Shown: piece by piece, positions 16,759-25,027 of the stretch
How positions within the stretch are numbered: the first letter of the stretch is position 1
Layout of the letters: the number at the start of each line of letters is the position of its first letter
Origin: an uncultured Bacilli bacterium
Lineage (GTDB): Bacteria > Bacillota_I > Bacilli_A > RF39 > UBA660
Length of the DNA stretch: 40,275 nucleotides
Direction: 5' to 3'
Assembly: GCA_944345045.1 (NCBI GenBank)
Contig: CALVMI010000022.1
Location: forward strand, 1-40,275
Notes under the pieces: generated by a model
Database searches by the model: none
Seen by the model: the letters and a program-made list of their open reading frames with translations, nothing else
What the model was told of the DNA's origin: nothing
Made by a program: the position numbers and the translations under genes

Positions 16759-16789
16759 AAAAGTTCTTTTTATAAGAACTTTTTTATAT
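16759..16789. terminator. Bidirectional terminator (tRNA-Pro on the plus strand, endonuclease gene on the minus strand)
   Basis: AAAAGTTCTT-tttat-AAGAACTTTT, with an A run upstream and a T run downstream. Confidence 0.6.
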
Positions 16790-17554
16790 TGGCATTTGAA
16801 TATCTAATTTTCTAAATAAAAATTCAATATCATTTTCATCAATTTCGAAAGTGGTACCCTTATCATTTATCTCTCCTTCATGTGGACCACTTTTATAATA
16901 AGCAAGTTTGATGTGTACGCGAATATATTCTTCTTCTAAAGCTTTTAAAAATTGTTCAAAACTAATCAATTCGTAAAAGCGAATAGAATGATATTTATAA
17001 TAAGTCAACCGTGTTTCTTTATCATAATATTTAGAAGTATGTACTAGTGCCAAATAGGACAACTTAGTTTGAAGTCGAAGTTTCAACTGCTCAAAAGACC
17101 AAGAAAATTCTTCATTAAGTCGTTTACCTGTGTAATTATAAAAAATCCGTAGTTCGACAACTTCTTGTTCATAATTCACATGTATTCTAAAAGAATATTT
17201 TCTAGTACATTTACAAATATTTGATGTGATTTTGGCATAAAAAACGTTATATTTTGGGTTATCACGGCTCGGCCAACTACAAAGTTGGTATAATTTTTTC
17301 ATTTGCAACGGTTTATTATCAAGTGCCATTGAAAATAGTCCGATGTAAGGCTGATAGGCAGAATACTTTGTTTTTAATTCTATTCCGTGATAATCCGGAA
17401 GAATATTTCGATCAATTGCTTTTTCAAGTAACATCTCGAGTGTTTGACCAGCTCCACCGGTACCATTTGATTGACTGGCTATCCAGTTGCGTGTTTGAAT
17501 GCGATAAAATTCTTTCGCTAAATTTTCCATATTTTTTTTCATACTTGTTTTCAT
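16784..17554 (-). CDS. MvaI/BcnI-family type II restriction endonuclease-like protein (PD-(D/E)XK)
   Basis: GTGGAGQTLEMLLEKAIDRNILPDYHGIELKT matches the G-x-x-G-Q-x-L-E ... D ... E-L-K catalytic core shared by BcnI, MvaI and MutH. The C-terminal SGPHEGEINDKGTTFEI matches the family's GPH..G..F.I tail. Length is 256 aa versus roughly 240-250 aa for the family. Confidence 0.75.
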   Translation of the reverse strand: MKTSMKKNMENLAKEFYRIQTRNWIASQSNGTGGAGQTLEMLLEKAIDRNILPDYHGIELKTKYSAYQPYIGLFSMALDNKPLQMKKLYQLCSWPSRDNPKYNVFYAKITSNICKCTRKYSFRIHVNYEQEVVELRIFYNYTGKRLNEEFSWSFEQLKLRLQTKLSYLALVHTSKYYDKETRLTYYKYHSIRFYELISFEQFLKALEEEYIRVHIKLAYYKSGPHEGEINDKGTTFEIDENDIEFLFRKLDIQMPI

Positions 17555-17593
17555 GAGATGCTATTATACACAAAAAAAGTAAAAAAAATGTCG

Positions 17594-17628
17594 AAAAAAG
17601 GAAATTACCACATAATTGTGTAATTTCC
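17594..17628 (-). terminator. Rho-independent terminator of the NlpC/P60 gene
   Basis: The minus strand reads GGAAATTACAC-aattat-GTGGTAATTTCC followed by TTTTTT. It overlaps the gene's stop codon. Confidence 0.65.
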
Positions 17629-18969
17629 ATCTGTTTTATAGTAACTATCCATTAAAACCACATGGTCAAAAGTTTGATTAATTGTATATTTTGAATATTT
17701 TCTGTTTACAACACCACCGTAGTCGGCTAAAGATTCAGCTACATAAACATCTTCGCCATCAATGCCAATGATCATTCCAATGTGACCAAAGACACTCACG
17801 AAATCTCCGGCTTTAACCGTACCATTATCAATTAATTCAGTAGTAAGCAAAACATATTCTCCTAAATCCGGAAGTTGAAAAGCATAATCTGTTTGTCCCG
17901 CACCTAGATCTCCAGGATCATAGCCTGCATTAAGTAAAGCCCAAGATAAAAATCCAGAACAATCTAAACCATTTGGCATTAGAGTACCGCGATAGTATCC
18001 AAATTCGTAATCATTTTCCCAATTCATTAGCGGACATCCCCAAATCGCAGGGCCACTGTAAGTAGGGGAAACACTAGCCATTTTAGATTCATGCAAATAC
18101 ATTCCCACTTTGTAATATCTTCCTTCACCGTCTACGTAATGTACTCCCGAACTATGCAACCGTCCATTTTCATAAAAATATGGAATGCGATAAGGAAAAT
18201 AAAGAGTCAAAAATCGCGCTGCTTCTAATGCTCCGGCTCTAGTCTGATAGCCAGCCCTTTCAATCTTATAAGCGAGAATCTCGTCTAATAAATTAGCCTC
18301 ATCTAATGAATAATTATTACAAGGCAAATTTTCTTTATATTCTTCTTGATAAACGGGTTCTTCAATCAAATTAGTAACTACAACAGTTAATACATCTTCA
18401 ATTTGCGGCGAGGTAATAGTCACTGTTCCCTCAGAAATACCAGTCATTGTATCATTTGCAATTGTTAAAATATTTTCATCAGAAGAAGAAAAGTCATAGT
18501 AAGCTTCTTCCGGAATAATAACCGTATCTTGATAAAGAATATTATCAGTCTCGCCAACATATAAATACATAGTATCATAGTCAAAGGAAAATTCTAAAGT
18601 ATTGTTTATATAATCCAAAAGATGATATTGAGAACTTGTTTTCCCATTACTTTCTAAAGAAATTTGATAATTTGTTTCAATAGGAAGGGTAAGGATGCAT
18701 TCTTGATTATTGCTTAAAGAGGATATCTGCTCGTTTTCCATCGTAGCAAGGCAAGTAAATTCTTCCTTTTCAAAATCAAAAAAATTTGGCTTTTTTGTAA
18801 CAGAAATCGTATAAGTTTGTGCTTCGGCATCAAAGCTCACAAAAGAAATGTTCTCAATTTCTAGTGGTTGGTTAAGATAAGCAACGGTGAATAAAACAGC
18901 AACATTTAATAGAATAATGCCAATCACTAAGCAAATTCTTTTTAACCATTTTTTCTTTTCCATATACAT
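17605..18969 (-). CDS. Membrane-anchored NlpC/P60 (C40) cell-wall peptidase with a Big_2-like domain
   Basis: N-terminal TM helix (ICLVIGIILLNVAVLFTVAY). Ig-like segment DENILTIANDTMTGISEGTVTITS. Catalytic Cys in NGLDCSGF and catalytic His in GHIGMIIG. Alternative starts lie at 18975 (GTG) and 18963. Confidence 0.85.
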   Translation of the reverse strand: MYMEKKKWLKRICLVIGIILLNVAVLFTVAYLNQPLEIENISFVSFDAEAQTYTISVTKKPNFFDFEKEEFTCLATMENEQISSLSNNQECILTLPIETNYQISLESNGKTSSQYHLLDYINNTLEFSFDYDTMYLYVGETDNILYQDTVIIPEEAYYDFSSSDENILTIANDTMTGISEGTVTITSPQIEDVLTVVVTNLIEEPVYQEEYKENLPCNNYSLDEANLLDEILAYKIERAGYQTRAGALEAARFLTLYFPYRIPYFYENGRLHSSGVHYVDGEGRYYKVGMYLHESKMASVSPTYSGPAIWGCPLMNWENDYEFGYYRGTLMPNGLDCSGFLSWALLNAGYDPGDLGAGQTDYAFQLPDLGEYVLLTTELIDNGTVKAGDFVSVFGHIGMIIGIDGEDVYVAESLADYGGVVNRKYSKYTINQTFDHVVLMDSYYKTDGNYTIMW

Positions 18970-19093
18970 ATTCACTCTCTAAATAAAGTATACTATATTT
19001 TTTTTTTAAAAAGATACAAAATAAATTGTCAAAAGGTAATTCTGGATTTTCTAATAAAAAGAAGATATAATAAAAGTAATTGAGGTGATCCTT

Positions 19094-20110
19094 TTGAAAA
19101 AAATACGTTATTATCTTAGCAGATTGCGTGGTATGGATTTTAAAGAATTCTTTAAAACTATAGATAAAATTCATGAACGAAGTGGCAAAAGTAAAATCTA
19201 TTTATTTTTTGATATGCTATATTGCTCTTATAAATTTTTAGCTGGATACACAGATTACTTTTTATTTTATTTTGAAGATTTAACCAATGAACAAAGAAAA
19301 ACTTATATTACAAGAGGTGTGAATAATGGCTATTTAAAGGCGTTGAATGATAGTTCTTATTATCACTATTTTCGTAATAAAGTAGAATTTAATCAAAAAT
19401 TTAAAGAATTTGTTAAAAGAGATTTTTTGGATCTTCGTGAAGCAAGCGAAAAAAAGTTTGAAAAGTTTGTAGCTAAGCATTCCATTATAATGGTAAAACC
19501 AGTGGACCAATCTGGCGGTGCTAATGTTGAAAAAATTGTGATCGATGAAAAAACAAATGTAAAAAAATTATATGAAGTTTTAAAAAAGACAAAACAATTT
19601 TTAGTAGAAGATTATGTAAGACAGCATAAAGAAATGAATCGTTTGTGCAAAGCTTCAGTAAATACGTTACGAATTGTTACGGTGCGAAAAAACAATAAAA
19701 CGACAGTCATGTTAAGAGCTATTAGAATTGGTAATGGTCTTCGTGATGTAGATAATTTTCACAGTGGAGGTATGTATACCTTATTTGATGAAAATGGTGT
19801 AATTACAAAACCGGCAATGGATAGAGAAGGAAAATTATTTGAAGTTCATCCTGTTTCAAAGGTTCCAATTAAGGGGTTTAAAATACCATATTATAAAGAA
19901 TCGATTGATTTAGCTGTAACTGCAAGTCAAAAAATTCCTCAAGTTGGACTTGTTGGTTGGGATATTGCTATCACCGATAAAGGACCTGTATTAATCGAAG
20001 GAAATGAACTTCCAGGATATGATATTTATCAGTCAAAGATTCATTTATCAGAAACAAAAGAAGGATTAAAGCCATTTTTTGATTCTGTAATTTATGGGAA
20101 AATGGAATGA
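19094..20110 (+). CDS. ATP-grasp protein of the sugar-transfer-associated (ATPgrasp_ST) / alpha-L-glutamate-ligase-like type
   Basis: VKPVDQSGGANVEKI, LVEDYVRQH and IEGNELPG are ATP-grasp elements. The N-terminal segment is FFDMLYCSYKFLAGYTDYFLFYFEDL. TTG 19094 lies 6 nt after GAGGTGA; alternative starts are GTG 19085 and ATG 19133. Confidence 0.7.
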   Translation: MKKIRYYLSRLRGMDFKEFFKTIDKIHERSGKSKIYLFFDMLYCSYKFLAGYTDYFLFYFEDLTNEQRKTYITRGVNNGYLKALNDSSYYHYFRNKVEFNQKFKEFVKRDFLDLREASEKKFEKFVAKHSIIMVKPVDQSGGANVEKIVIDEKTNVKKLYEVLKKTKQFLVEDYVRQHKEMNRLCKASVNTLRIVTVRKNNKTTVMLRAIRIGNGLRDVDNFHSGGMYTLFDENGVITKPAMDREGKLFEVHPVSKVPIKGFKIPYYKESIDLAVTASQKIPQVGLVGWDIAITDKGPVLIEGNELPGYDIYQSKIHLSETKEGLKPFFDSVIYGKME

Positions 20111-20139
20111 GAAGAATAAATAAAAAAGTCTTCTTTTTT

Positions 20140-20168
20140 TTGATTTTTAAGAAGAGATAGTGTATACT
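20140..20168 (+). promoter_or_regulatory. Candidate sigma-A promoter of the phosphoketolase gene (TTGATT-17-TATACT)
   Basis: TTGATT at 20140-20145, a 17-nt spacer, and TATACT at 20163-20168. Confidence 0.5.
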
Positions 20169-20192
20169 ATTTTTAGAATTGAGGGTGCTAGT

Positions 20193-22538
20193 ATGGATAT
20201 TTTATCAGAGAAAGAAGTAAAAGCAATAGATGGCTATTTTAGAGCGTGCAACTATGTATCAGCCGCGTCCTTATATTTAAAGGATAATCCTTTATTAAAA
20301 AGGCCATTAAAGTTTACTGATATAAAAAGTAAATTAGTTGGACATTGGGGGAGTGCTCCTGGTCAAAATTTTGTTTATGCTCATTGTGATCGTGTGATAA
20401 AAAAATATGATTTAGACATGATGTGGATAAGCGGTCCTGGTCATGCCGGACAAGCTACGATGACAAATACGTACTTTGAAGGCTCATATGAAAGTGTATA
20501 TCCTTCATTTACTCAAGACGAAGAAGGCCTAAAAAAATTTATGAAACACTTTAGCTTTCCTGGTGGTACTTCAAGTCATGTAGCTCCAGAAGTTCCTGGA
20601 AGTATTAATGAAGGTGGCGAACTAGGTTATAGTCTAGCTCATGCTTTTGGAGCCGTTTTAGATAATCCTAATTTATTAGTAACAACAATTGTTGGTGATG
20701 GCGAAGCAGAAACAGGCCCTTTGGCTACAAGTTGGCATTGCAATAAATTTTTGAATCCGAAAAAAGATGGTGCTGTAATTCCCGTTTTACATTTGAATGG
20801 TTATAAAATTGCCAATCCGACAATTTTAGCAAGAATTAGTAAAGAAGAATTAGATTCCTTATTTAAAGGATATGGTTGGATTCCTTATTATGTTGAAGGT
20901 GAAGACGAAATTACATTGCATCAAAACATGGCTAAAGTAATGGATGAAGTAATACTACGCATAAAAGAAATTTGGAAAATGGCTAGAGAAAAAAATGTTA
21001 CGGATAGACCTATTTGGCCAATGATTATTTTACGTACTCCAAAAGGATGGACTGGCCCAAAAGAAATTGATGGCAAAAAAATAGAAGGTAGTTTTAGAGC
21101 GCATCAAGTACCTATTGAAGTAACAGAAAGTCATCCAGAAAGTTTAACTAAATTAGAAGAATGGTTAAGAAGCTATCATCCTGAAGAATTATTTGATGAA
21201 AATGGCTCTTTAAAGGAAGAATATCGTTTGTTTATCCCTGAACTTTCCAAAACGATGGGAAGCAATTTACACGCTAATGGGGGCAAGTTATTAGAAGATT
21301 TAAAAATTCCTGATTGTACAAAATATGGTATTTCTGTTCCATATCCTGGAAGTGTATTAAGTGAAGACATGCGAGCTTTAGGTCCGTTTATACGCGATAT
21401 AGTTAAGAAAAATCCAGATAATTTCCGTATTTTTGGACCAGATGAGACTCTTTCCAATCGCCTAAATGCTGTTTTTGAAGTAACAAATAGACAATGGGAT
21501 AATAAAAAAGAAGAGACAGACGAATTTTTAAATTATGAAGGAAGAGTTATTGATTCTTTTCTATCAGAGCACGTTTGTGAAGGAATGTTAGAAGGATATT
21601 TACTAACTGGACGTCATGGTTTTTTTCACAGTTATGAATCATTTATTCGAATTGTTGATTCAATGATTAGTCAACATGCTAAATGGATAAAAGTAAGCAA
21701 AGAATTAAAATGGCGTGCTCCAATCTCATCTTTAAATTTATTAGTTTCAAGTCATTGCTGGCAACAAGATCACAATGGCTATACTCATCAAGATCCGGGA
21801 ATTATTAATCATGTAATTACCAAAAAGGCCGAAATTTCTCGTGTTTATTTACCTTGTGATACAAATACTTTAATAAGTACTATGAATCATGTTTTAAAGA
21901 CGAAAAATTATGTGAATGTCATTGTCGCTAGTAAGCATCCACGTCCACAATGGCTAAACATGTCTCAAGCGATGCGACATTGTGAAAAAGGTTTAGGAAT
22001 ATGGAGTTTTGCAAGCAATGACTTAGATAATAAACCAGATATTGTGATGGCTTGTGCCGGTGATACTCCAACCTTAGAAATAATGGCTGCAACTTCTATT
22101 TTACGAAAATTTTTGCCAAATTTAAAAGTGCGTGTTGTAAATGTTGTTGATTTAATGAGACTTGTTCCTGAAAGCGCCCATCCTCATGGCTTAAAAGACA
22201 AAGAATTTGATGCAATTTTCACCAAAAATAAACCAGTCATATTTGCCTTTCATGGGTATCCTAATGTAATTCATGAACTTACTTATAAAAGAACAAATCA
22301 AAATATTCATGTTAGAGGATATATTGAAGAAGGAACGATTACAACGCCGTTTGATATGCGCGTTCAAAACCGAGTAGATCGTTTTCACTTAGTTTTACTC
22401 GCTACAGAATATTTACCACAATTTGATACGAAAAAAATGAAAAAATACTGTGTTGACATGTTAAAACAACATCAAAAATATATTGTAGAACATGGAACTG
22501 ATATGAAAGAGGTTATAGATTGGAAATGGGATTTATAA
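20193..22538 (+). CDS. xfp: Xylulose-5-phosphate/fructose-6-phosphate phosphoketolase
   Basis: Phosphoketolase signatures GHWGSAPGQNFVYAH, EGGELGYSLAHAFGA and GDGEAETGP. About 780 aa. RBS is GAGGGTG. Confidence 0.95.
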   Translation: MDILSEKEVKAIDGYFRACNYVSAASLYLKDNPLLKRPLKFTDIKSKLVGHWGSAPGQNFVYAHCDRVIKKYDLDMMWISGPGHAGQATMTNTYFEGSYESVYPSFTQDEEGLKKFMKHFSFPGGTSSHVAPEVPGSINEGGELGYSLAHAFGAVLDNPNLLVTTIVGDGEAETGPLATSWHCNKFLNPKKDGAVIPVLHLNGYKIANPTILARISKEELDSLFKGYGWIPYYVEGEDEITLHQNMAKVMDEVILRIKEIWKMAREKNVTDRPIWPMIILRTPKGWTGPKEIDGKKIEGSFRAHQVPIEVTESHPESLTKLEEWLRSYHPEELFDENGSLKEEYRLFIPELSKTMGSNLHANGGKLLEDLKIPDCTKYGISVPYPGSVLSEDMRALGPFIRDIVKKNPDNFRIFGPDETLSNRLNAVFEVTNRQWDNKKEETDEFLNYEGRVIDSFLSEHVCEGMLEGYLLTGRHGFFHSYESFIRIVDSMISQHAKWIKVSKELKWRAPISSLNLLVSSHCWQQDHNGYTHQDPGIINHVITKKAEISRVYLPCDTNTLISTMNHVLKTKNYVNVIVASKHPRPQWLNMSQAMRHCEKGLGIWSFASNDLDNKPDIVMACAGDTPTLEIMAATSILRKFLPNLKVRVVNVVDLMRLVPESAHPHGLKDKEFDAIFTKNKPVIFAFHGYPNVIHELTYKRTNQNIHVRGYIEEGTITTPFDMRVQNRVDRFHLVLLATEYLPQFDTKKMKKYCVDMLKQHQKYIVEHGTDMKEVIDWKWDL

Positions 22539-22548
22539 TCCCTTTTTT
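22528..22548 (+). terminator. Rho-independent terminator of xfp
   Basis: GGGATT-tat-AATCCC followed by TTTTTT. It overlaps the xfp stop codon. Confidence 0.65.
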
Positions 22549-22605
22549 CTTGCACTTGATGTGCGAACAAATATATGTTATTCTAATTTTATGGAGGATG
22601 TAACT

Positions 22606-23748
22606 GTGGAAAAAATCTTAGAAAAAAATATGGAAAGACATAATATTGGACTTAGTCCATACGCTTGTAAAGACGAAGAAGCAATTCGCCTAAACAAAGA
22701 AAGTGAAGATATAAGAAGTCCGTTCTTTCATGATATTGATCGAATTTTATACACATATGCGTATATTAGATACAGTGATAAAACACAAGTATATTCTTTA
22801 AAACAAAATGATCATATTACTAAAAGAATGCAACATGCGCAATATGTAAGTAAGATTGCTAGAACAATCGGTAGAGCTTTAGCTTTAAATGAAGATTTAA
22901 TTGAAGCAGCAGCTTTAGGTCATGATTTAGGCCATGTCCCATTTGGTCATTTTGGGGAATCTGTTTTAAATGAAATTAGTTTGGCAAACAATGAAGGATA
23001 TTTCAATCACAATGTCGAAAGTGTTCGTGTTTTAATGAATCTAGAAAGAGGAGGGGAAGGCTGTAATCTCACCTTGCAAGTTTTAGATGCAATTATGTGC
23101 CATAATGGTGAATTTGTAAAAGGAAAGTATACTCCAAAACCTAAAACGAAAGAACAATTTTTACAAGAATTAGAAAGTACCTATAAAGATAAAGAAGTCG
23201 TAAAAAAACTCGTTCCAATGACTTTGGAAGGTTGTGTAGTGCGCATCAGTGATGTAATTGCCTATTTAGGTAAAGATATAGATGATGCTTGCATGTTAAA
23301 AATGTTTAAAAAAGAAGATATTCCATCTGAAATCAAAGATGTTTTAGGAACAAAAAATCGTGAGATTGTAAACACGATCGTTTTAGATATTATTGAAAAT
23401 AGTTTAGGAAAACCATATATTTGTTTAAGTGATAAAGTATATAAGGCCATTGTAGCTTTAAAAAAATTCAATTATGAACACATCTACGCTTTTTCTTTAG
23501 AAAAACAAGAGCAAGAAAAAGTGACGGAGATGTTTCATTATCTTTTCGAAACTTTTCTAAAAGACATAGAACAAAATAATGAAGAGTCTAAAATATTTCA
23601 AAACTTTTTAAATCACAAAAAAGAAAAATATCTGACGCAAACTTCTTCGGCTCGAAAAGTTCTTGATTTTATTGCGGGAATGACTGATGAATATTTTGTA
23701 AACTGTTATCTAGAGTGTAAAGAAAAAAGTTTGGGATATACTAGATGA
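22606..23748 (+). CDS. HD-domain dNTP triphosphohydrolase (dGTPase-like)
   Basis: HD motif AALGHDLGHVPFGH and C-terminal IAGMTDEYF. GTG 22606 lies 7 nt after GGAGGA; an alternative ATG lies at 22591. Confidence 0.8.
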   Translation: MEKILEKNMERHNIGLSPYACKDEEAIRLNKESEDIRSPFFHDIDRILYTYAYIRYSDKTQVYSLKQNDHITKRMQHAQYVSKIARTIGRALALNEDLIEAAALGHDLGHVPFGHFGESVLNEISLANNEGYFNHNVESVRVLMNLERGGEGCNLTLQVLDAIMCHNGEFVKGKYTPKPKTKEQFLQELESTYKDKEVVKKLVPMTLEGCVVRISDVIAYLGKDIDDACMLKMFKKEDIPSEIKDVLGTKNREIVNTIVLDIIENSLGKPYICLSDKVYKAIVALKKFNYEHIYAFSLEKQEQEKVTEMFHYLFETFLKDIEQNNEESKIFQNFLNHKKEKYLTQTSSARKVLDFIAGMTDEYFVNCYLECKEKSLGYTR

Positions 23749-23761
23749 AAGGAGGAAGAAT

Positions 23762-25027
23762 ATGAAATATAAAAAATACGATTTGGATAATGTAAAAGTT
23801 TTCACTATTGAAACAAACAAATGCAAAAATTGTTATTTAGAAATAAACTTTCGCGATGATATCAGAAACGTTGATCTTTCCAAAAGATATTTGCTCGCTA
23901 AAGCCTTAGAATGTTCTTCTTTAAAATATCCTAGTAAAAGAAAAATGATGATCGCATTAGAAGAATTATACAATATGTCTTTTTCCTCAAGCATTTTACG
24001 AGCTGGTTATAATCATTATACTAATTTCGCTATTGATTTTTTGAATCCAAAATATGTTAAAGAAAAAAACTATTTACACGAAGTTCTTTCTTTTTTGTTT
24101 GACACGTTGCTTTATCCAAATGTTTCTAATAATACTTTTGATGAACAAACTCTTCAAGTTTTAAAAGAAAAAGCGCATGTGAATTTGGATTCCTATAAAG
24201 AACGTCCTTTATCTTTTGCAAGAATAGATAGTTTAAAAAGATTGTTTGCATCTCAAATACCTAGTAAAAGACTAATCGGAACGCATGAAGAAATAGATAA
24301 AGTTACGAATAAAGATTTATATAACGAATATCAAAAAATGTTTCAAGATGCTTCTTGTGAAATTTTAGTTATTGGAAATATGAATATGGATGAAGTTGTT
24401 GCAAAGATATCCGAACTATTTTATAAGACTTCAAATGTTTCTAAAGAAATTTTGTTTAATATTTCACATGATCCTTTCAATTTTAAAGAAGAAATAGTCC
24501 CTAGTACATATAATCAAACGCAATTATTAATTTACTATGATTTAAGAAATCTTACTTTTTTTGAAAAAGAATATGTATTGCCCATTTTTTCAAGAATTTT
24601 TGGCTCGGCAAATATGACAGATAAATTAACTACTTATCTACGAATTCAAAATTCTTTGTGCTATTACTGTGGCTTTTACACAAATAAAAGTGATAACTAT
24701 GGCATGGTTTATGTCGGATTAAAAAAAGATCAAATCAAAAAAGCAAAAGAAATGATTTTTAAAGCTATGAAAGAGATGAGCGAAAAACAAATCGATGAAA
24801 CTTATTTTGAGCAACAAAAAGAAAAGTATTTAGCTGATTTAAAAATTCGTGAAGATGATATTTATAATCTAATAGATACATATTACTCTCATGAAATCAT
24901 GAAAAAAGCCTCATTAGATGAATTAAAAGAGGAAATTCCTAAAGTTACTTTAAACGACATTCAAGCTTTAGCTAAAAAAATGGAACTAGCCTATATTTAT
25001 ATACTAGAAGAAGGTGAAGAACTTTGA
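23762..25027 (+). CDS. M16-family (pitrilysin-like) peptidase subunit lacking the HxxEH zinc motif
   Basis: 421 aa. M16-type length and pairing with the downstream active subunit. No HxxEH motif is present. RBS is AGGAGGAAG. Confidence 0.7.
   Translation: MKYKKYDLDNVKVFTIETNKCKNCYLEINFRDDIRNVDLSKRYLLAKALECSSLKYPSKRKMMIALEELYNMSFSSSILRAGYNHYTNFAIDFLNPKYVKEKNYLHEVLSFLFDTLLYPNVSNNTFDEQTLQVLKEKAHVNLDSYKERPLSFARIDSLKRLFASQIPSKRLIGTHEEIDKVTNKDLYNEYQKMFQDASCEILVIGNMNMDEVVAKISELFYKTSNVSKEILFNISHDPFNFKEEIVPSTYNQTQLLIYYDLRNLTFFEKEYVLPIFSRIFGSANMTDKLTTYLRIQNSLCYYCGFYTNKSDNYGMVYVGLKKDQIKKAKEMIFKAMKEMSEKQIDETYFEQQKEKYLADLKIREDDIYNLIDTYYSHEIMKKASLDELKEEIPKVTLNDIQALAKKMELAYIYILEEGEEL

Noticed and set aside
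16011-17554. Reading the XRE gene at 16011 as the controller (C) protein of a complete R-M system with the MvaI-like endonuclease.
   Set aside because: The two genes are on opposite strands and are separated by a terminator, a promoter and two tRNA genes. No methyltransferase is present. The link is therefore unsupported and is kept only as separate findings.
17254-17630. ORFs 17254-17556(+) and 17424-17630(-).
   Set aside because: One is antisense to the endonuclease gene. The other spans the terminator and promoter region between two real genes. Neither has an RBS or plausible composition.
22606-23748. HD-domain dGTPase-like protein as an anti-phage dNTP-depletion defence gene.
   Set aside because: It sits in a housekeeping context (phosphoketolase upstream, M16 peptidase pair downstream). 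It has no mobile or defence neighbours, and its composition matches its surroundings. It is more likely the conserved cellular dNTP triphosphohydrolase.
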